This document shows, piece after piece, positions 48,955-57,200 of a stretch of DNA of 64,000 bases. The stretch comes from Giardia intestinalis (lineage: Eukaryota), in NCBI GenBank assembly GCA_000002435.2, contig CM018793.1. One strand, given 5' to 3'. The position numbers and the translations under genes are program-made. The notes under the pieces were generated by a model that was not told the origin of the DNA, did no database searches, and saw nothing but the letters and a program-made list of their open reading frames with translations. Numbering within the stretch: position 1 is the stretch's first letter; each line of letters starts with the position of its first letter.

Positions 48955-49950
48955 TCACATAGAAATGACAGTTCCCACTCCGGCCTGAGAGGCTCTCAGG
49001 CAGATCTCGTGGCCTACTACGACGTCCTGAACAGCAGAACCTACGGTCTTGAAAACGATCACCTCGTCCTCGCTCTGGCGGCCACGGCAGCGGCCTGCAG
49101 CGACCTCGCCTATCTCTCCGATGACTCTGTCTGCACTAAAGACACCCTCTTCGATGGGTATTAAGAGGTCTCCAGCTTCGCTGAGTGCCCCGCTCCTAGT
49201 GTCTACGTAGACGGAGGCGTGCGCGATTAGATGCGAATCCACCTCGCGACAATTAGGAAGATATGCGCCTACACAGGAAACCAGGGCCCCCTTAGGCACT
49301 GCCTTGCCATCGAAGACGGGGACGCTGGAAGCAGTCGTAGTGACGATGATGTCTGCCCTGGCTGCTGCGGCAGTCCCCGCCTCGAACCCAGACCCTCCAT
49401 CGACGGTGGCGAGACCCAGCCTCTGAGAGGCCCAGGAAGCAATGGCATCGCGTGCCTCTTTAGTATTATCGACAAAGATGGCCTTCTCAATACTGGGGCG
49501 GGCAGCCTTGATTGCCTCCAGTGCGGCACGGCCTTGCATTCCACAACCGATAATCAGAACAGTCTTGGCGTTTGCTCGAGCAAGATGCTTGGCGGCAACT
49601 CCGGAGGCAGCGCCAGTGCGCAGGTAAGTCAGCGCAACTCCGTCGAGCAGGCCAGAAACAGCCCCTGTCGATGCGTCCACATCGCAATAAAGAGCAGGAA
49701 CCGTCGGCAAGCCGCGTGCTCGATTTCCCCCTCGAACAGACACGATTTTCACACCCACAGACTCGCCCGTAGAAGCAGGCATGAAGAGCGTTGAACCATG
49801 ATCTCCAACCTGGAGGCATGTACGTAGAGGTGTCTCGCACCCGCCCCGCGAGTATGCTACAAAAGCCGCCTCTGTGGCTTCGACGGCATCCTTCATCGGA
49901 TAGAGTCTGAATGCCTCGTCCTTCGAGATGACGCGCATAGAGCTGGCCAT
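48955..49950 (-). CDS. Ornithine cyclodeaminase / mu-crystallin family enzyme
   Basis: The 331-aa ORF has the OCD N-terminal signature (AFxLYPMKDAVEATEAAF...GGCETPLRT) and a Rossmann motif VLIIGCGMQGRAALEAI. The start is ATG after an A/T-rich element. Only about 20 bp separate its stop from the ATG of the upstream NAA15-like gene. Confidence 0.7.
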   Translation of the reverse strand: MASSMRVISKDEAFRLYPMKDAVEATEAAFVAYSRGGCETPLRTCLQVGDHGSTLFMPASTGESVGVKIVSVRGGNRARGLPTVPALYCDVDASTGAVSGLLDGVALTYLRTGAASGVAAKHLARANAKTVLIIGCGMQGRAALEAIKAARPSIEKAIFVDNTKEARDAIASWASQRLGLATVDGGSGFEAGTAAAARADIIVTTTASSVPVFDGKAVPKGALVSCVGAYLPNCREVDSHLIAHASVYVDTRSGALSEAGDLLIPIEEGVFSADRVIGEIGEVAAGRCRGRQSEDEVIVFKTVGSAVQDVVVGHEICLRASQAGVGTVISM

Positions 49951-50095
49951 GAGGCTGAAACTTAGTGTCTAATCTTTAAATTTTTGAAAGTCAGTGTTCT
50001 AGTCCCGAGCCAATTCTGAGGACTGTTTGGACCGTGATCGAGTCGTGGCAGCATAGCTTGTCGCAGCGTCCTTAGGCGTTTTGTATAATTAAAAA
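49951..50095. promoter_or_regulatory. Divergent A/T-rich promoter spacer between OCD and CBF5
   Basis: TTGTATAATTAAAAA sits immediately before the CBF5 ATG. TTTAAATTTTTGAAAGTC lies before the OCD ATG (reverse complement). Confidence 0.45.
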
Positions 50096-51361
50096 ATGAC
50101 ATCTCAGCACCTTTCGGACACTTCAGAGTTTAAGCTTTTGCTAGAGGGTTTTAACCAGCTGCATGTGCGATCTGCGTCTTACACCCCCACTCAGAACGGC
50201 TATAGCCCACTTCAGAGACCCATTAGAGAGCATCTCAAGTACGGAGTCATTAATCTCGACAAGACTGCAGGACCCTCATCTCATGAAGTTGTTGCCTGGA
50301 TCCGCCGCATTTTGGAGGTGGAGAAGACAGGCCATTCAGGCACACTCGATCCGGGCGTCACGGGTTGTCTGCTTGTTTGTCTGGACCGGGCCACCAGGCT
50401 GGTGAAGTCCCAACAGCTCATGGGGAAGGAATACGTCTGCGTGCTCCAGTTCAAGGACCTGGCCGCGCTTAAGGACGAGGACGCCCGCAAGGCCTTTTCG
50501 GCCTGCCTGCAGCAGGCTCTTGCGACACTCAGGTGCGCCCAGCTGCAGCTTCCCCCCAAGGAAGGCTGTGCTGTGAAGCGTCAGCTGCGCGTCAGGGAAA
50601 TATATACCTTGGATTTATTAGAGTTCAACTTCAAAACGGGGCAAGCAGTACTGAGGGCGTCATGCCAGGCAGGGACATATATGCGCACCCTTTGCGTTCA
50701 CATAGGGCTTCTCGTGGGTCACGAGGCATACATGCTAGAGCTTCGCCGCGTCAGGTCCGGTGAGCTAACCGAGAAGACCAACATGGTTACGCTGCACGAT
50801 GTCCTGGACAGCTTCTGGTGCTGGAAGAACCTGGGCGACGAAAGCTATCTCCGAAAGGTCGTGATGCCTCTCGAATACTTGCTGAAGTCGTACAAGCGGA
50901 TTTTCGTCAAGGATTCGTCCATCAATGCGCTGACCTATGGGGCTCCACTCCACATCCAGGGCGTCTTGCGCTACGACCCTCGCATCAGCATCGGAGACAC
51001 GGTTGTCCTGGTTTCCACGAAGGGCGAGGCCGTGGCCCTGGGGACGGCAACCATGGGGGCCCAGGACATCATGGGCGTGAGTCGCGGGATCGTAAGCAAA
51101 GTCAAGCGCGTCATCATGGACAGGGACCTCTACGACCGCCAGTGGGGCCTGGGGCCGACCGCCCTTCTGAAGAAGCAGCTTATCAAGAACGGCCAGCTGG
51201 ATAAGTATGGAGGCATCAACAAGGACACACCGAAGGAGTGGGTGGAGAGGTTCCAGAACACGGAGGAGTTTCTAAAAACAGCGGGGAATACCTGCGGAAA
51301 CAGCACCGAGGGTGCGAACACTAAAGATGCAGATGGGCGCCAGCGGGGGCTCAAGAAGTAG
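50096..51361 (+). CDS. CBF5: Cbf5/dyskerin H/ACA snoRNP pseudouridine synthase (TruB family plus PUA)
   Basis: The TruB catalytic region reads HSGTLDPGVTGCLLVCLDRATRLVKSQQ. The PUA region (VVLVSTKGEAVALGTATM) and a basic C-terminal tail are present. The start is ATG. Confidence 0.9.
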   Translation: MTSQHLSDTSEFKLLLEGFNQLHVRSASYTPTQNGYSPLQRPIREHLKYGVINLDKTAGPSSHEVVAWIRRILEVEKTGHSGTLDPGVTGCLLVCLDRATRLVKSQQLMGKEYVCVLQFKDLAALKDEDARKAFSACLQQALATLRCAQLQLPPKEGCAVKRQLRVREIYTLDLLEFNFKTGQAVLRASCQAGTYMRTLCVHIGLLVGHEAYMLELRRVRSGELTEKTNMVTLHDVLDSFWCWKNLGDESYLRKVVMPLEYLLKSYKRIFVKDSSINALTYGAPLHIQGVLRYDPRISIGDTVVLVSTKGEAVALGTATMGAQDIMGVSRGIVSKVKRVIMDRDLYDRQWGLGPTALLKKQLIKNGQLDKYGGINKDTPKEWVERFQNTEEFLKTAGNTCGNSTEGANTKDADGRQRGLKK

Positions 51362-51437
51362 TCCCTTGGCCAGGCTAACCAAAAAAGTATATTAAATTTA
51401 ATTTCATTTTCCCCACGGTCTAAAAAGGGGCCTCGAG

Positions 51438-51887
51438 ATGCCGACCAGAATCAGGAAGTCACGCAAGCGCCGCGGCCACCGCCAGATGGGTTACGGTAGA
51501 GTCGGCGGACACAGAAAGCACCCCAGCGGCCGAGGGAAGGCCGGCGGTCTGCAGCACAAGCGCACGAGCTTCGACAAGTACCATCCCGGTTACTTCGGGA
51601 AGCTTGGCATGAGGAACTACCATGTCCGTAGGAACATAGAATACAACCCCACAATTAATATCGACAAGATTTGGTCCCTAATTCCTGAGGAGCAGCGCGA
51701 CGGGTTCCTGCAGCGCAAATCGACAACAGAGGCGCCGGTCGTCGACGTGACCCGCTTCGGCTTCTTCAAGGTGCTCGGCCGCGGGTCTCTTCCTCAGTGC
51801 CCGATAATTATCAAGGCGAGGTACTTCAGCTCCGACGCCGAGAAGAAGCTCCGCGAGGTCGGCGGCGTCCCGCTTCTGGTGCCCTAG
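51438..51887 (+). CDS. RPL27A: Ribosomal protein L27a (uL15)
   Basis: The N-terminus is MPTRIRKSRKRRGHRQMGYGRVGGHRKHPSGRGKAGGLQHKRTSFDKYHPGYFGKLGMRNYH. AGTAAAC follows the stop at 51902-51908. Confidence 0.92.
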   Translation: MPTRIRKSRKRRGHRQMGYGRVGGHRKHPSGRGKAGGLQHKRTSFDKYHPGYFGKLGMRNYHVRRNIEYNPTINIDKIWSLIPEEQRDGFLQRKSTTEAPVVDVTRFGFFKVLGRGSLPQCPIIIKARYFSSDAEKKLREVGGVPLLVP

Positions 51888-51901
51888 ACACAGCGCCGAG
51901 C

Positions 51902-51908
51902 AGTAAAC
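51902..51908 (+). terminator. Candidate polyadenylation signal AGTAAAC for RPL27A
   Basis: An AGTRAAY motif lies 15 nt after the TAG stop. Confidence 0.4.
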
Positions 51909-51996
51909 TGGAATTGACCGTGCGCTGATGCACGCCCAGGCCCGAAATCACTCCGTGTTCACTTCGCTTATTCTACTGGCTCCTCTTGCCGTGCAG

Positions 51997-53070
51997 TCAC
52001 TTGAGGTTATCCTGGACCCACTTAACGAAGAGCTTCCTCAGGTCCTCCTCCTTGGCAAGGTACTTCTTGCAAAAGGGCAACTTGAGGAGCTGTGCGGCAG
52101 TCATGCGCTTTGAGGGGTCTTTCTCGAGCATGGCGTTGACAAGGTCGCAGAGCCCCGGGCTGTACCCAGCATCCTCCTTCAACAGAGGGGGGGCTCCGTT
52201 GACGATGACGTTCATAGCATCCCAGAAAGAGTTCACGTTATCGTATGGATAGGAACCCGTCAGAAGCTCGACATATGTCAGCCCCATGCTCCAGACATCT
52301 GAAACGTACGAGTAAGGCTGGTTCTGGATGCGCTCTGGGGACATGTAGGACAACGAACCAACAAACGTCTTCATGGCAGCCTCGTCGTCGTTCGGCAGCA
52401 CGGATGAAGCGACCCCGAAGTCGGCGAGCTTACAGTAGCCGTGCTCGTCGATGAGGATGTTGGCAGACTTTATATCTCTGTGGATGATCTTGCAATTGTC
52501 GTGAAGATACGCCAGGCCGCGGAGTGTATCAATAATGAAAACAGCAAGGGCGTTTTCAGTGAGCTTCCCCGTCTTGAGCTTCTTAAGCATATCCTGAGAA
52601 GACCCGTACTTACAAAACTCTAGCAATATGTGAAGGATGGACCCTGGATGGGAATATATGTTGTACGTCTTGACCATGTACGGGTTGCACGAAAGGCTGA
52701 TGCTGGCCTTGATCTCCCTGTAAATGTTCTTCTGAGTCTGCTCCTCGTCGCTAATGCGGATCTCTTTCATTGCACAGAGCTGCCCGGTGGTCTTGACTTT
52801 TACTAGGTTCACCGTCCCGAAGGCGCCGGCTCCGAGGGGCTTGACGACCTCGAGGTCGCTCTCCTGGACGTTGAGGATATGCTCGGGGCTGCTGGTCTTT
52901 GTGATGCCGTGCGCCGATATTTGAAGAGACTCGTGTAAAGTATTGAGGGACCCCGAGTCGGTTATCTTGATGTACTGCGTGCCGCTGCCTCCTTTCTGGA
53001 CATCCTCCACGCCACCATCTGCGGAGGCGGTCGAGGCATCGAGCGTAAGAGCCATCGGGCGTCGCTTCAT
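51997..53070 (-). CDS. Dual-specificity MAP kinase kinase (MEK/STE7-like)
   Basis: Motifs are LGAGAFGTVNLVK, CAMKEI, NPYMVKTYNIY, HRDIKSANILIDEHGYCKLADFGVAS...FVGSLSYMSPERI and VWSMGLTYVELLTGSYP, which fits the MAP2K activation segment S/T-x3-S/T pattern. The start is ATG after an A/T-rich element. AGTGAAC on the coding strand lies about 40 nt after the stop. Confidence 0.7.
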   Translation of the reverse strand: MKRRPMALTLDASTASADGGVEDVQKGGSGTQYIKITDSGSLNTLHESLQISAHGITKTSSPEHILNVQESDLEVVKPLGAGAFGTVNLVKVKTTGQLCAMKEIRISDEEQTQKNIYREIKASISLSCNPYMVKTYNIYSHPGSILHILLEFCKYGSSQDMLKKLKTGKLTENALAVFIIDTLRGLAYLHDNCKIIHRDIKSANILIDEHGYCKLADFGVASSVLPNDDEAAMKTFVGSLSYMSPERIQNQPYSYVSDVWSMGLTYVELLTGSYPYDNVNSFWDAMNVIVNGAPPLLKEDAGYSPGLCDLVNAMLEKDPSKRMTAAQLLKLPFCKKYLAKEEDLRKLFVKWVQDNLK

Positions 53071-53177
53071 GGATTTTTAATTTTGTAGGCCACCGGCGAT
53101 AAAGTGCCACGGGGCTTCATTTACATGGAAGAAAACCGGGTTAACGGTCGTGCCCGTAATCCACCAGCGGCGTCAGA

Positions 53178-54077
53178 CTAAAAGTTTGCAAACAGGAAGA
53201 TGCAGATTATGGCTGCAAAGAACCCGCCATGCACAATCCCGAACAGAAGACCCATGATCATAAGGTTCTTCTTTCCAACGTCCAGCTTCTTCAGGTACTT
53301 GATCAGCTGCACCACAAAAAATAACATGGCCCAGGCGCCCACAATTCCGAAGACGCCGCCCGCAATTATAGACCCTAGGTTTTCTGTTGCTGTGCCCTTT
53401 TCCCCGTCAGCAAGCCTGAAAAGGCCCAGCACTACGCAGAGGGGAACTAAAAGCGTGTAGGAGTAGCTATAAAGGCAGGAAATCACTGTGTATCTTAGCT
53501 CTGTAAATCCAATGCACTTGCACACGGCCCAAAAGATGAGCGGCACGAGACCTTGGTAGGCGGCGATCAATCCCGCGAGAGTAATAAAAGGGAGGGATCC
53601 TTGGAGAGATACGTTACCGTTTCCATTGATGTTGAAGACGATATCTATAGTCATTCCCAGAAAAAGAGCAAAGACCAATGTGATGGTGACCCAAATGGGG
53701 TACCAGAGGTCTACCGGCCCGTTGATAGCCTCGTTCAGAAAGTCTCCCTTGAAGATAAGAAGGCTTTGCCACACGCGCTTCATGATGTCGGACGTCTGAC
53801 ACGCAAACAAGGATCGATAAAACTCTATCTTGAAAACCTTCGTACACCCGGTAGGAATGCGGTCTCGTGCATACTGATAGGCCATCTGGCTCGTCATGTC
53901 GACGGTTGCGTTCGCTGCTTGCCTCTTCGTCTCCTCTATGTACGGATTGAAGGAGGGCGGAGGATCACTATTGGGTGAACGCCTGGCTTTCTTGCCCTCT
54001 GCTTTCCTTTCGTCCGGTGGCGGTGCCTGTTCTGTATTGATAGGCTGGGAGAATGGATCAAAGTTGAAGTCTGCCAT
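53178..54077 (-). CDS. Yip1-domain (YIPF/Yif1-like) Golgi membrane protein
   Basis: A Pro-rich N-terminus is followed by five hydrophobic helices. The Yip1 motif is GPVDLWYPIW (DLYGP-like). The track start at 54089 is GTG, and the first ATG, MADFNFDPF, at 54077 is preceded by an A/T-rich element. Confidence 0.55.
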   Translation of the reverse strand: MADFNFDPFSQPINTEQAPPPDERKAEGKKARRSPNSDPPPSFNPYIEETKRQAANATVDMTSQMAYQYARDRIPTGCTKVFKIEFYRSLFACQTSDIMKRVWQSLLIFKGDFLNEAINGPVDLWYPIWVTITLVFALFLGMTIDIVFNINGNGNVSLQGSLPFITLAGLIAAYQGLVPLIFWAVCKCIGFTELRYTVISCLYSYSYTLLVPLCVVLGLFRLADGEKGTATENLGSIIAGGVFGIVGAWAMLFFVVQLIKYLKKLDVGKKNLMIMGLLFGIVHGGFFAAIICIFLFANF

Positions 54078-54251
54078 GTTGGATCTCACAAGGCAAAGAG
54101 TTTTTACTCTGTTTTTTGATCTGATCCTTCAATCGTCGTTCGCACTCCAGGGCATCCTTCGTATCATTCCATGGAGACATTCGGGTTTTCTTATCTGCCC
54201 AATCAATGTCCTTTGCCCGGGTCCACCAAAGGTCGTTCAAAAAACTTGTAG
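54078..54251. promoter_or_regulatory. Divergent promoter spacer between the Yip1 gene and the RING-H2 gene
   Basis: It is 174 bp long. GTTCAAAAAACTTGTAG lies before the plus-strand ATG, and CAAAAAACAGAGTAAAAACTC lies before the minus-strand ATG. Confidence 0.4.
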
Positions 54252-57200
54252 ATGCTCTCTCTTTCCTTCGATGACTGGGCTACCCACGAGGTCCAGGTCA
54301 ATCCCCTTAATCCGCTTTCCTTACAAGACCCGCCCACCGATCGCACACGGCTGGCCTCTTTGTCTCGGTCTTTGATGTTTGGGCAGGAGCTCACAGACAG
54401 CGCCCTCCCCTCGCTATTCGTTTCCACAGATCTCCCCTTCTCCATGAAAAACACGCGCTTCGTGGCAATCTCAGCTGGCGTGGCTGCATATCTCGTCTGC
54501 GGATCCGAGAGCAATACCTTTATGCTGTATGACATTCAAACCGGTGAACTTGAGCTTGAAATGAACCCTGAGGTAGATGGCTTCCTTCTTGGTGGTATTG
54601 CATATGTAGTGAAGAAGAAAAGTGCTGCGCGAGTGGTCTTCATGGTTGCATATAGTGCTACGGCGCTTTGCTGCTATTACTACAAGGACAAGGTTCTTGA
54701 ACAGCAGAAGATCACTGCCTCCGTGCTTGGACTGAAGAACATTGCCACAGTCACGTGCCTGCCAATGGCGGATGCATCTTCAGAATCGTTGGACACTAGC
54801 AAAGGCACCATCAAAACCCACCAGCAGTTCTCCATTTTAGTCGCGGACACATCTGGAAACGTTGTACGCCTTACCATTTCTACTAAAACTGAGGCGTTCA
54901 AAACCACTATCATCCATGAAGCAGACACAGATGCTTCTTTCTTGCAATTGCACGCGGTAGCGGCTCCTCTTGCCATTGAGGGGCTTGACCTATATAAATC
55001 CAACGGCCCAGACTTCTCTGTTCTCATATTCATCGTTTTCAAAGACAAGGTAGTAATCAAGGCGTGCGGGACTATTCCGCAAACAGTCCTTTCGATGGGC
55101 GTGCTTGCTAGCCAATTCCTCCCTGAGGGGCTCTTGCTTAGTGCGATCACAGGGGTGGAAACGGGATCTACGGGCGGGTTTCAGACAGCATATAACCTCA
55201 GGATTCTTTTCACATCTGAGTCCGAACTGAGCGTTGCTTCGCTAGTGCCGTTTAGCTCGAAACATCAGGTTGCTCCAAGCGAAGTCAACTTTAAGCTGGA
55301 TCATAAGCAGAAGTATAGCCTTTTGGGCCTTCGTTCCGTCTGCTTTTTGGCGTCAGATATAGCAGTCTTCTTCTGCTCCAAAGCTTGGCATGCTGCATTT
55401 TTGATTACACCCATTGATGCTCTCGGCCATGAACCTGCTATCTCACATGTGCAGGAGATCGATTCTCACAGCTTGTCTGGGGATTTCAACATACTAGACA
55501 TTGATACCCCTTTCTTCACCACAGATCCCGTTTATGGGCCGCGCCTGCTTTGCACGCCAACAGCTCCAATTGCTAGTTGGCCTGCCAAAATCTTGACTAC
55601 AAAAACACTTGACTCCCTATGTACTGGGCACGCGGCTTCGCGTTCTCAACATCTCGCCTTACCACTAGTGTATAACTATGCTTACAGAGTTTTTGGTCTT
55701 GGACTACTAAAATCTGATATATTTGCGAATTCCCTCTCTGTCCCGTTTAACCCATTAGAGCTCTCGGCGTGCCTGTACATTCACGAAAGTAACCACAGAT
55801 CAACAGCCTGGACAAAGCATCTCGCCGGCTCCTTACAGGCTGCCCATCTTTCTAAGGATGGGCTCTCGACTGTTGATAAGCTGCTTAACTTAATAGTTAA
55901 GCTCTTCGAAGCACCTTTTCAGAACGATTCCCATGGCTACGTTGTGTCGGTCCATCTCTTGGCCCTTGCAGCTAGTCTCAACGCTCTTTCGGCGTTCTTA
56001 GGGTTGGCACTGAAGACTTTTGGCAGCAGTTATATCTCCGAAGCACCGCCGTACTTTCTTGCTGCCCTTGTCTTCCTAACACTTAACTTTCAGCTCGACC
56101 TTTCAATAGACGATCTTTCCGCGCTTTTGGATGTCCTTAAGACCCAATTGGCCTGCTCTAATACCTCTCACCAATTCACTTGTCCATTGATTCAAGAGCC
56201 CGAGTTCATTCTGCGCAGGGCCTTAGACCCAAACAAAGTCCTCGAAAACATCCAATCCATATGCTTACTGAACTCGTGCAACCGCCAGCAGTATGACGAT
56301 CTGCTGGCTGTGACTACAAATCGGAAACTAGAAGCTGCCCTTTTCTTCCTATATGTGCTTCGCGTCTTCGATGACTCTAAGGAGGGTGGCGAAGGCGTGC
56401 TTCGGTCAGATCCTTGGCCCGACTTTTTCAAAGAGATCAGAAGGCAACAAGATGCTGGCTCGCAGGAGGGTCTCTTTGCATACCATCAATTCCTACGACT
56501 TGTGCTCACTGACTTTACAGATGCAGCTACAACCATACGCACTGCTAATATTTGTCTCCGAACAACGTCGGGCCTTTCTCTACACTTGCCTGTCTACCTT
56601 GCTAACCAGGCCGTTGTCATTGACGCTTCTCGCGCGTCTTCGCTTTCATCCGGCTTTTACAAGACGCTACACAATAAAGTATTTACGGGCAATCCAAACG
56701 AGCTGGTCCTGGAGTGGATTAGCATAAGTTGTCGGGACTTCTGCCTAATCGCACTCTCCTCTGTAGCGGCAAAAGCAGCCGGCCTTGTGCGCAAGTCCAG
56801 CGGTTCCAACTCGAATTATCTCATGGAGTTCAATCACGTTCTTATTACCCTCCAGAATCTAGTCTTCGATACCTCATTTATCGAGAACCTGAAGAGCGTC
56901 GACTCGGTGGACAATCCACGGATCTTTAGGCGGAGCGTCACCACGGGAAGGCTGAACTTTGAGAGCCTGCTGTTGCTCAGTCACGTACTCTTTGATATTT
57001 CCATGATTGTCCTAGACATTATGAGGCACACTTCTCCTGGAACTCCCGTGCAGAACGAGGCGTTGAGGAAGCACGGCATTCTCCCGGAAATTGACAGGAT
57101 TGCTGCTTGCAAAATGTTATCGCGTCTTCCAGAGTGCTGCTGGATATACCTCCTACTTGTTCGCGCCATGGAAACACCAGAGCAACTCGAGGCGTGTCTG

